A stretch of 24,216 nt of DNA, from positions 1 through 24,216 of IMG/VR virus record IMGVR_UViG_3300031627_000012. One strand, 5' to 3'. Made by a program: the position numbers and the translations under genes. Below are positions 13,336 through 21,946 of the stretch, piece after piece; position 1 is the first letter of the stretch; each line of letters opens with the position of its first letter. The stretch comes from a virus. Its lineage: Duplodnaviria; Caudoviricetes. Under the pieces are notes generated by a model. It ran no database searches. It was not told the origin of the DNA and worked only from the letters and a program-made list of their open reading frames with translations.

Positions 13336-14658
13336 ATGGCCCAACACAAGGTTATTGACCTTATCAACCAGTTCATGGAAGACCATGGGCAGTCGTCCGG
13401 TAAAGATAGGGTCATGCTTTGGTTGGAGGACGTGTACTCCAAGGTTAGGCGATTGCCCTGGTCTTGGAACTTTAAGGTCACTGAAACGCAGACAGGCGGG
13501 GACTTGGTGGCGACCGTCATCATCACGTCCGACCCCGCGCTTGAGACATTTAGCTGGGTCCTTGGCCAGAGCCACATCACAGCGAGCAACGCAACGGTCA
13601 GCACTATCGACGGCAACAGCACCGGAAGATATATTTACATCGGTGAAGAATGGTACCGATGCACGAGGGTTGCTCCAGTTGGGGATACGAACCGTATCTA
13701 TCTTGATAAGAAGATCGTAACCGCAACAGCCACCACACAGACGGTCAACTTTTACCGCAGAGACCTTGCGTTTATGACGAACGGCATCAAGTCCATGAGG
13801 GTTGATGACGTTAAGTGCGAGCACCTTACGGATGAGCAGATTTACCGGTTCAAGCGTGGCCTTGACCCCCGCTGGTACTACGGTGACTCAGGTCGCCCCC
13901 TTGCGTACCATCTGGATGAGTTTGACATTCCGGGGCCGATGTACGCTCCAACAGTAACCCTTGCTGCGGACACTGCCGCGACGACAACGGTCGGCACACA
14001 CCGGGCCTACTTCACGTTCTTCGACAAAGAGACGGGGCAAGAGAGCGTGCCTGGACCATCGGTTGAGTTCTCTCCAACCGCTGCACTGCCACGGGCCGTT
14101 ATCGGGTACGGCAGCGCAGGTGGGCACCACTCTGCCGAGACCACGATGTACTCCAGGCTGTACATCACAAAGGTTGTTGACAAGTACACGCGCAACCCCG
14201 CCTACGCCATTACCCCGGCCGGCAGGCTCCACTCAGATACGTCTACGGTTGTGTTCAACACCTCTGACGCGCTTCTTGGGGACGACGCCCCATACTATGA
14301 TGGTTCATGGGCACGAACGGTAATGTACCCGGCCCCTGACGAATACCTTCGGGTTGAGTGCATGCACATCGACACGTGGAATGGCCTGCCAGAGGAGCAG
14401 GGGATCATAAAGCTGGGTCGTCAGCGCGAGTTTATCGAGTTGTTTCACCTGTACTTCCTGATGAAGCAGTCGATCCAGAACAAGGACCCTCAACAGTTTC
14501 GCGGAATGCAGGGCGCTTTCAGGGAGCAGATGAACTTTCTTCTTGCTCAGGACGGAGATGACCGCAGGCTTGACCCGTCATCCTGGGAGTACCAGTTCTA
14601 TTCGCCAATGAGTGCCTCGCCTGACGACTTCACTTCATCGCTTAAGTATCCGTTCTAA
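13336..14658 (+). CDS. Head-tail adaptor protein (putative) with inserted beta domains
   Basis: 440 aa. N-terminal helices end in LPWSW, with GRPLAY, YPAPD and a helical C-terminus typical of podovirus adaptors. Precedes the nozzle gene. Confidence 0.65.
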   Translation: MAQHKVIDLINQFMEDHGQSSGKDRVMLWLEDVYSKVRRLPWSWNFKVTETQTGGDLVATVIITSDPALETFSWVLGQSHITASNATVSTIDGNSTGRYIYIGEEWYRCTRVAPVGDTNRIYLDKKIVTATATTQTVNFYRRDLAFMTNGIKSMRVDDVKCEHLTDEQIYRFKRGLDPRWYYGDSGRPLAYHLDEFDIPGPMYAPTVTLAADTAATTTVGTHRAYFTFFDKETGQESVPGPSVEFSPTAALPRAVIGYGSAGGHHSAETTMYSRLYITKVVDKYTRNPAYAITPAGRLHSDTSTVVFNTSDALLGDDAPYYDGSWARTVMYPAPDEYLRVECMHIDTWNGLPEEQGIIKLGRQREFIELFHLYFLMKQSIQNKDPQQFRGMQGAFREQMNFLLAQDGDDRRLDPSSWEYQFYSPMSASPDDFTSSLKYPF

Positions 14659-16856
14659 TGCCAGAGTTGGTTAAACAAACTATCCTCGTCCCACTGGACG
14701 GCTTGAGCCACGAGCACGAGACCGACGGCACGGTACTTGGTGAGCATACGCTCAACTTCTACCCTGACGGAGAGGGCTACCTGGTCAACTACCCAGGAAA
14801 GACGGCATACTTCAAGTCGGATACCACACCGGTCACGGTCGTTGATGAGAGCGCATACGCTTTGCCTGATTCGCCTGGCAGTGTGGGCTCGGCAATCAAC
14901 GTATATACCACTCCCCCAACAGGTAAGTTCACGCGCATTCGCATTTATCGAGACTCCGCTGGGCAGCAGCACATCGTATTCGTGAAGGGCACCCAGTTCT
15001 GCGTAGTCGAGGGCAACGGATACCGGGTCCTGTATACGTTTGTTGGTGTGACTCGGGACGGCGCAAGCTACCCCGACATTGAGGTCCACCAGAACAGGCT
15101 CCTCATCGCGAACCTTGGTGATCCTGTCCTCACCTGGGACGGGTTTCAGGATGTCGTACCACTCGGCGTCACTGAGATACCTGACCCACCGACTGTAAGT
15201 GTCGGACTCACGCCATGGTATACGAGCACAGGGCAAAAGAAAGAAGATAACAAAGTCGTCACTGTCGGGACTGACTTGTACTCCAGTACAGCCCTTGTCG
15301 GCGGCATGTGGACCAAGTACGGATACTGGGGCAACCCCGGCATCTGGTACTCAGGCCCAATCAAGTATGAGCCGGGCGGACACTACCACGGTCTGCATTC
15401 TCCCGGTGACTACCACGACCCGGCAAACTGGAACGATACATCATGGCGCTGGAAGGTTCAGTACTTCGACCGCTACGGCAACAAGGGCCCCGTGTCTGCT
15501 GCAACCCAGGTTGTGACGATACCGAAGAACAAGGCGATCACAGTTAAGCCTGGGTTTCCAGAGACATCAAACCAGGGCAGGGTCTCTCTTGCGGACTGGG
15601 ACGGAAAGTCATGGTCAACAGTATATTGGCGTCCCCCCAAGAACGACTGGCACATTGCTGGCTGCATCCTCTATAAGACCCTTGACCTGCACCCAGAAAA
15701 GGCAAACAGTCAGGAAGTCTTCTATCGGGACTATACGCAGAACAACGTAAACTGCACGCGCCACACATCTATCTCTGGCGATTCGACCTTGGCCAACTCT
15801 GCCATCTTAGACACTGACGTTGGTGGTCCGCCGTCCACAGACCTGATCGCGTCATGGGGCTCTCGTGTGATCATGCGCGACCCTGTGAACAAAGAGAAGA
15901 TGCTGTACTCTGACCAGAGCAACCCAGGGCAGTTCAGACCATCCCACGTATACAAGGCGAGAGACACCATCGAGGCGCTTTTGCCCCTCGGCGACCGCCT
16001 GCTTATTGTGACTCAATCCACTTCGGAGATCCTGTACTACACCGGTGACGGCTCGATCGCGCACCTTGAGACTCACGAGAACAAGGGGTCTTACTACGGT
16101 AGGAGCTTTGCAGTCTTTGGTGATCAGGCATTCGGTCTATTCAATGATGGGTTCTTCCTGTTTAATGGTCAGACGTTTGCACCAACCAAGTCCCCGTACT
16201 TCCTTGAGGGAGACTACATTGACCGGTGGCACGACGTTCAAAACTCAGTCGTTCAGGGCGAGTGGTACTTCCTGTCTATCCGTAAAGAGATGACGGCAGA
16301 TGAGAACAACTTTGTCCTGATGTGCCACTTGCCAACGTCGCGGTGGTTCCAGGTTGAGGAGTCAGTGAGAGACATGGCCGTGTCCGGCGAGTATATCCTG
16401 GGGGTCTCTGACTCCATATACTTCATGTACAGGGGCAACGACTACGGTAAGTCTACAATCCACGTCAGGGGACTAATGAACAAGGCGGGAGGGGTTATGC
16501 GGGAAAGCACCCTAAGTGGCCTGTCACTGTTCCTTGAGCCTGCATCTAAGAGCGACGTTACTGTGATCGTTACTGGGTCTAATGAGTTCGCCAAGCGTAC
16601 CGGCGAGGCTGTCTCGTACCCATCGCGGTCAACGGTAACCAAGGACATTCAGTATTACCCGTACTATAACGACGGGGCTTCAACGTGGGACAGTTCCGAG
16701 TGGGTCGCACCAAATGATTTCCATATCGAAGTAGATATGCGTAAAAATGTCACAGCATTCAAACATGACATCCGATTCGAGTTCGAGGGGCCCCAGAAGA
16801 TAAAGGCTATCGGCATCGAGTTCGGGGTAGGGACAAACATTGCGCCTACGGAATAG
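14658..16856 (+). CDS. Tail nozzle / packaged-DNA stabilization protein (P22 gp10-like beta-propeller)
   Basis: 732 aa with NFYPDGEGYL..YPG, NRLLIAN, MLYSDQSNPGQF, IEALLPLGDRLLIVT and FGLFNDGFFLFNG propeller-type strands. Position after the adaptor. Confidence 0.8.
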   Translation: MPELVKQTILVPLDGLSHEHETDGTVLGEHTLNFYPDGEGYLVNYPGKTAYFKSDTTPVTVVDESAYALPDSPGSVGSAINVYTTPPTGKFTRIRIYRDSAGQQHIVFVKGTQFCVVEGNGYRVLYTFVGVTRDGASYPDIEVHQNRLLIANLGDPVLTWDGFQDVVPLGVTEIPDPPTVSVGLTPWYTSTGQKKEDNKVVTVGTDLYSSTALVGGMWTKYGYWGNPGIWYSGPIKYEPGGHYHGLHSPGDYHDPANWNDTSWRWKVQYFDRYGNKGPVSAATQVVTIPKNKAITVKPGFPETSNQGRVSLADWDGKSWSTVYWRPPKNDWHIAGCILYKTLDLHPEKANSQEVFYRDYTQNNVNCTRHTSISGDSTLANSAILDTDVGGPPSTDLIASWGSRVIMRDPVNKEKMLYSDQSNPGQFRPSHVYKARDTIEALLPLGDRLLIVTQSTSEILYYTGDGSIAHLETHENKGSYYGRSFAVFGDQAFGLFNDGFFLFNGQTFAPTKSPYFLEGDYIDRWHDVQNSVVQGEWYFLSIRKEMTADENNFVLMCHLPTSRWFQVEESVRDMAVSGEYILGVSDSIYFMYRGNDYGKSTIHVRGLMNKAGGVMRESTLSGLSLFLEPASKSDVTVIVTGSNEFAKRTGEAVSYPSRSTVTKDIQYYPYYNDGASTWDSSEWVAPNDFHIEVDMRKNVTAFKHDIRFEFEGPQKIKAIGIEFGVGTNIAPTE

Positions 16857-16989
16857 AAATGAGGTCCTACTCGCGAGAGCGGATGGTTCCACGTACCGTC
16901 CAGCGCCAAAGAATGCGCGCCAGGAACAGTTGACTCTGAAGGTTTACGACCAGGCCCCCCGGACTAAACCAATCATTGAGGTGAAGTGA
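16840..16989 (+). CDS. Small hypothetical protein, 49 aa (MRLRNRNEVLLARADGSTYRPAPKNARQEQLTLKVYDQAPRTKPIIEVK)
   Basis: Not in the ORF track. TTG 16840 has GGGGTAGGGA upstream, and its TGA (16987-16989) overlaps the next ATG. It fills the only gap in the tail module. Confidence 0.55.
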   Translation: MRLRNRNEVLLARADGSTYRPAPKNARQEQLTLKVYDQAPRTKPIIEVK

Positions 16990-17723
16990 TGTTTGAAACC
17001 CGCCTTCATCGGTTCGACGCCAACGACGCCATCAATAAGAGAAGTTTGTGGGAAGGCTGGCTACAGTGGGCGAACAGGTTTTCATCTATTGATTCTGACA
17101 ACATTGCAAGGACTCAGTTTGGTCGCTCCCGGTTCACCATCGACGCCTTCATTGAGATGTTCAGTGCAGGACTTGACGTGTCAGAACCGAACGGGCTGAT
17201 GTCAAGCTCGTCAGGCACAATGGTGGCTGCGTCAAAAAAGATAGTGTCTCTTGATGTTTCTGGAGACTATTGGGTCAACTGGTCAATAACGCTACAGCCA
17301 AGGGGCAGCGGTGACCACAGATTTGCTGGTGGCGTTCCGTTTGTTGGCAATCAGTTCGTTGGCTCTGCCCAGGACTTTAAGGCTGAGATGGGATGGCACA
17401 ACAACTCGTCTATATCGGAAGCCATCGGCAGGGGTCCAGAGTGGGGCGGGATTGGCGATGAAGACACCGCATATGATCTCGTCCACAACAACTGGGAAGA
17501 CCTTGGAAGGCTTGGGGTGCAGAGGCGTACAGCCGTATCCTCAGAAGAAAAAACAAAGGTAGACTCACAGATTACCGGGAGGGACTACATTCACCTGTCT
17601 GGCTCAGGTGCCGCATCTGTTGGTCGTGTCACCGGGAACATTGGTGTGATGTTACTATGTGACCCTGATACGTCATACGCAATCATCGCATCACGGCTAA
17701 CGCTTCACCGGAGAAACAAGTAA
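16989..17723 (+). CDS. Tail appendage protein 1 (putative)
   Basis: 244 aa from ATG 16989 (GAGGTG at 16978). N-terminal NRFSSIDSDNI motif resembles the next gene. Confidence 0.65.
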   Translation: MFETRLHRFDANDAINKRSLWEGWLQWANRFSSIDSDNIARTQFGRSRFTIDAFIEMFSAGLDVSEPNGLMSSSSGTMVAASKKIVSLDVSGDYWVNWSITLQPRGSGDHRFAGGVPFVGNQFVGSAQDFKAEMGWHNNSSISEAIGRGPEWGGIGDEDTAYDLVHNNWEDLGRLGVQRRTAVSSEEKTKVDSQITGRDYIHLSGSGAASVGRVTGNIGVMLLCDPDTSYAIIASRLTLHRRNK

Positions 17724-18496
17724 TGTCTCGATTTACATTCTCCCAGCGCCTCGGATCAACCCCCTCCGAGGGCGTATACAACGGCATAGCTGAGGACTTT
17801 AAGAAGTACATCAACAGTACGAAGCTAAGCCAAGACAACATTAGCGACGAGTCTATCAGATTCAGACACCTAAAGAAGTCGCCAGTCATAATGATGTTTA
17901 AGGACTGCGGTAACGCAATCTGGAGGTCAGCAGCACCAGAATCACTTGGCAGGGGTATAAGCTGGGACCTTTACAGGGACACGAATGCGGAGGCAGACAA
18001 CACTCTTGAGGTGACGTACACCCATAGCACTGACGCCCCCGGCGGGGACCTTGTAGAGTTTACCGTCTGGTACTACCCGTACTCAATAGGCTCACGTAGC
18101 GAGGTTGTACCTGCGGTGTATCGTGACTCAGCCTGGGTCCCACTGGTTGAGCAGAAGCGTCCTGCGGGGATCGGTGTAGGGTTCTATGGGGGCCTTGAGC
18201 AGCCCATGCTCCATCCAGACGGCGTGGCCGCCCATCCATTCCTTCAATACGGCCCAATCATCACTGTCGGTGTCGGGTCTTATGATCGGCCAGGAACAGC
18301 AGCATACGGTGGTCCGATCATCTGTACCGTAACAATGAAAAGGGCAGAGCTTGTTGGTGTTACAAAGTTTGGTATGATGATAAAGGTGGACGTAGGCCAG
18401 GACCAGAAAGACGGCGCGCCTGGTTATGGGTACCGTGAGAGTCGATGGTCAAAGTACGACCGACTTTACCTTTCACTGGTAGCGAGGGATAACTGA
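17723..18496 (+). CDS. Tail appendage protein 2 (putative)
   Basis: 257 aa, TAATG overlap. N-terminal FKKYINSTKLSQDNISDESIRFRHL is like fibre-attachment segments. Confidence 0.65.
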   Translation: MSRFTFSQRLGSTPSEGVYNGIAEDFKKYINSTKLSQDNISDESIRFRHLKKSPVIMMFKDCGNAIWRSAAPESLGRGISWDLYRDTNAEADNTLEVTYTHSTDAPGGDLVEFTVWYYPYSIGSRSEVVPAVYRDSAWVPLVEQKRPAGIGVGFYGGLEQPMLHPDGVAAHPFLQYGPIITVGVGSYDRPGTAAYGGPIICTVTMKRAELVGVTKFGMMIKVDVGQDQKDGAPGYGYRESRWSKYDRLYLSLVARDN

Positions 18497-19938
18497 TGTC
18501 TATTGTAATAAACCCAGTATCCGGTGAGCTTGACGCAGCCATTGTCGATGGAAACTTTGAGGAGCTTGAAACCTTTCTTAAGGAAAACGTCAAGGACGAG
18601 GACTTTAGCGGGCGGTTCGGCAAGTATAAGATTCGGCGGTACACCAGCGGCAAGATTGTCGGATTCAATAGTGGCTCATCACCGAACTCGTCGGCAGAAA
18701 TGACCGGCTTATCGGGTACGTTCGAGAACAACTGGATAGCCGGTACACCAGCCATAACGTACGCTACGGGCCCGACCCTTGACGCTGGAGTTGGTGGTCA
18801 GGAGTCTGGCCTCATTAACGACAAGAACGACATGGACTACAACCATCCGTCCCTGCATCCTTTCGAGTTGCTTGGGTATCCGGGTGGGTCTATGCACTAC
18901 GACTTCCAAGAGGAGGGGTTCGCTGACCCGGTTAGCTACTACAACTCGGTAGGGGGCCACTCCATAACCAAATGGCCCCCAGAGTCGTCGGCCATGGGTC
19001 GGTTCCCTAAAGATGAGTGCTGGTCCAGATGGCTGACTGTCCCTGACGCCGCTGGTGGAGTGTACGTTGATGAGCCCTGCGTTGCCATCATCACAGCACA
19101 AGTGAAGGGCAACTACTTTATGACCCCAGCCCTGCGTGTTCATGGAACAAATACAACGAAGATTAAATATGACACTAAGGTTCAGTTTAGCGAGGGCGGC
19201 GATCTTGAACCAGTCAGGATGTACCACGACCTGTGGCAGTCTGGTACGAAGGTGTCTGACCCTGGCCAGATAGTTGAGGGCATGCAAAACTCTGCGTTCA
19301 TCCGCATGGGCCTATTCGTTGATACAAACCCGATTACCTGGGAAGACGAGTTTAGGAATGGTGACGCGTACGGCAACAGCGCATACGGTAGTGGGCATGG
19401 ATACAACCCGTGGATTGGAGAGAGCCCTACCGGAGAGTATCTTGCAACCAAGCCAGAGGGTGTATCTAAGGCGCGGTCCTGGGTGAAGGTTTCAGACATA
19501 ACTCAGAAGGTGCGACAGAGGGGCAGCTACAAAATCATAGGTGTTGTTCAACTTAAGGGTCGCCGAAAGTACAACTTCTCACTCAAGACACGGCCAGCCA
19601 TGACGTTTGGCCACGTATCTTACGATACCGACAAGGGGGAATACCAGTTCTATGACGGCTACTGGGAGATTGGGCCAAACCCTGTCCTCCAGCTTAACGA
19701 TGCCCCGACAGGAACGCGGCACAACCCAGCATGGAAGTGGGGCTCCAACCATTCAGAAAGGGGCGGGACGCAGACGGCAATGGAGAGCTATTGCTACCCT
19801 GGTGGTGATGCCCTTGTTACAAACCTGATTGAGTCGTCCTCGATTAGTGTAGAGTTTTTCTACGGACAAAGTTTATCTTCAGTTCAGGCTTACGCTGCTG
19901 AGCTTGTTTCTGGAGTCGGCACGGATTTGGGGGTATAG
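18496..19938 (+). CDS. Tail appendage / fibre-spike protein 3 (putative receptor binding)
   Basis: 480 aa, TGATG overlap. N-terminal GELDAAIVDGNFEELETFLKENV, with a Gly/Tyr/Trp-rich body. Confidence 0.65.
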   Translation: MSIVINPVSGELDAAIVDGNFEELETFLKENVKDEDFSGRFGKYKIRRYTSGKIVGFNSGSSPNSSAEMTGLSGTFENNWIAGTPAITYATGPTLDAGVGGQESGLINDKNDMDYNHPSLHPFELLGYPGGSMHYDFQEEGFADPVSYYNSVGGHSITKWPPESSAMGRFPKDECWSRWLTVPDAAGGVYVDEPCVAIITAQVKGNYFMTPALRVHGTNTTKIKYDTKVQFSEGGDLEPVRMYHDLWQSGTKVSDPGQIVEGMQNSAFIRMGLFVDTNPITWEDEFRNGDAYGNSAYGSGHGYNPWIGESPTGEYLATKPEGVSKARSWVKVSDITQKVRQRGSYKIIGVVQLKGRRKYNFSLKTRPAMTFGHVSYDTDKGEYQFYDGYWEIGPNPVLQLNDAPTGTRHNPAWKWGSNHSERGGTQTAMESYCYPGGDALVTNLIESSSISVEFFYGQSLSSVQAYAAELVSGVGTDLGV

Positions 19939-21945
19939 ATGGCACATTCAGGAGTTGGTAGTTACGCGCTTGGCGGAGGCCAGGGGGCTATTAGTGGTGC
20001 CGCCGCTGGCGCAAGTACGGGAGCATTATTTGGCCCTGGTGGTGCGGCTATAGGTGGTGTTGCTGGCGGTGTGGCCGGGCTTGGCCTTGGTCTGCTCGGT
20101 ACAGCACTTGACTCTAAAGCACAGCACGAGCAGGAAGACGCCCTACGCCAGGCTGAAGCTGAGTTCGAGGCGGCCCAGAAGCAGTATGACCGGCAGGTTC
20201 TCCAGTCGGGTGCTGCTGCGAGAGAGGCTGTCCAGCAGGGAATGGCTGCTAAGGGTGCTGCTGACGCTAACGCAGTCAGTGGGGCCATGACTGACGCTGA
20301 GCAACAGGCGGACAAGGCTGGCTTGATTGGCGCAGAGAAGGCCGACTATGTGGCTGGTGTCCGTCAACGCGTCGAGCGAGAGCGTACCGCATCTTCACCG
20401 GCTGTGTACCAACAGGCTTTAGGTGGTGCCCGACAAGAGGCTCAAGCAGGAACCCAGCGGGCGGCTATCGCCCTCCAGACTGCGGCAGGCAAGTACGACT
20501 CTAACGTTACTCAGATTTCAGGTCAGAATACTACTTCAGCGAGTGCAGCTATCGGTCAGAGTCTTGGCGCAGTCATGCAGACTGCCGGGGCACTTCATGG
20601 TGCTGATATTAGCTTCGCTAAGGGTGGCGGTGGGGCGACCACACCACTGACTGATGCTGAGATTTCCGGCCTTGGCGCAAAAGGCGCCGCTGCTGGTGTG
20701 TCCACAGGAAAGGCTGGCGGTGTGGCCACACCCATGACTGACGCCGAGATTGGCGGGCTAACAGCAGGGGAGCTTGCTGATGATGCCGAGATGGACGCCC
20801 TAATGCGGGGATTCCAGAACCCAGAGAGCAAGGACACTATCGCAACCGGCGCGACCGGTGGGCGCCCTGCTGCCAGAAAACAGAAGTTGGGTGGTGCGAC
20901 TACTGCCGCACCTGGACCTATGCTTGGACCAGAACCACCGCCAGGACCTGCTATTCCCGGTTACGGCAGCCTGGTTAATCCGACAGGCATGGGGGGCTTA
21001 CCCTATCAGTCCATGGACCTAATGTCTCCAGATGAACTGATGGCCGCCAGATACGCCCCTGCACCTGCTGCACCTGGCACTTACGACACAGAAGCTGAAG
21101 CATTAGCTGCTGCTGGCGCGACTGTTCGTGGCCCCCGGCAGGGAGGTACCATATCTCAAGGAAGCGAATGGTCCATGACTGAGGCCGGACCCACCACTCC
21201 GTTAGGTCCAGGCGCTTACGACACAGAAGCCGAAGCATTAGCTGCTGCTGGCGAGACTGTTCGTGGCACCGGGTTGGGAGGTACTATACCCCAAGGAAGC
21301 GAATGGTCCATGACTGAGGCCGGTACACCTGCACCTGTTGCACCTGCACCTGCACCTGCTGCGAAGCGGTACGGTGAGGTGGAAACTCCTGGCCGACGCC
21401 TTCCCACCAGGACAGACCGTAACGAGCGACTGCCTTATCATTGGATCAACCCCGATGGCTCCAACGCCACAAGGCCAGGGCAGGAGATAGACACCATGGC
21501 GCCCCCGCCTGTTCCTGCACCTACCCCTGCACCTACCCCTGTTGCTACCCCTGTTGCTACTCCTGCACCTGTTGCTGCCGCTTCCGCACATGTTGCTGGT
21601 GGCGTAAACAGTAAGGCTCTACAACCTGGTTATCAGTGGGTCTGGAGTGATGAGCTTATGGGGTACACACAGCAGCCCATAAACTACGGCATCGGCGGTG
21701 GCATCGCTGGCTTCGCCTCCGGCGGGATTGCTGGTGCGGCTGGACCAGAGGTAGCCATGTTGGGTGAGCAGGGGCCCGAGCTTGTACTCAACGCTAAGCA
21801 GACCCAGCAGCTTGCACAGGCATTACCTGCGGCAGCACCCAGACCCCAAGCAGCACCCACTCAGGGCGGTGCTCAGGGCGTTTTCTCTCAGACTCCCGAG
21901 GAGCTTGAGGCATATCTTGAAGAACTACTGACCAGGGCGAGTTAA
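19939..21945 (+). CDS. Ejection / DNA pilot-type internal virion protein 1
   Basis: 668 aa with an N-terminal glycine zipper (GAISGAAAGASTGALFGPGGAAIGGVAGGVAGLGLG), Gln/Ala coiled coil, internal repeats, Pro/Ala linkers and C-terminal FASGG...GEQGPELV. Confidence 0.75.
   Translation: MAHSGVGSYALGGGQGAISGAAAGASTGALFGPGGAAIGGVAGGVAGLGLGLLGTALDSKAQHEQEDALRQAEAEFEAAQKQYDRQVLQSGAAAREAVQQGMAAKGAADANAVSGAMTDAEQQADKAGLIGAEKADYVAGVRQRVERERTASSPAVYQQALGGARQEAQAGTQRAAIALQTAAGKYDSNVTQISGQNTTSASAAIGQSLGAVMQTAGALHGADISFAKGGGGATTPLTDAEISGLGAKGAAAGVSTGKAGGVATPMTDAEIGGLTAGELADDAEMDALMRGFQNPESKDTIATGATGGRPAARKQKLGGATTAAPGPMLGPEPPPGPAIPGYGSLVNPTGMGGLPYQSMDLMSPDELMAARYAPAPAAPGTYDTEAEALAAAGATVRGPRQGGTISQGSEWSMTEAGPTTPLGPGAYDTEAEALAAAGETVRGTGLGGTIPQGSEWSMTEAGTPAPVAPAPAPAAKRYGEVETPGRRLPTRTDRNERLPYHWINPDGSNATRPGQEIDTMAPPPVPAPTPAPTPVATPVATPAPVAAASAHVAGGVNSKALQPGYQWVWSDELMGYTQQPINYGIGGGIAGFASGGIAGAAGPEVAMLGEQGPELVLNAKQTQQLAQALPAAAPRPQAAPTQGGAQGVFSQTPEELEAYLEELLTRAS
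21073..21324 (+). repeat. In-frame tandem duplication with 135-bp (45-codon) period
   Basis: Copies at 21073-21189 and 21208-21324 encode PGTYDTEAEALAAAGATVRGPRQGGTISQGSEWSMTEAG and PGAYDTEAEALAAAGETVRGTGLGGTIPQGSEWSMTEAG, and are highly similar at DNA level. Confidence 0.95.
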
Positions 21946-21946
21946 A

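Noticed and set aside
16989-19938. Diversity-generating retroelement or invertible tail-fibre cassette
   Set aside because: No reverse transcriptase, invertase, adenine-variable repeat pair or inverted recombination sites were seen in the window.
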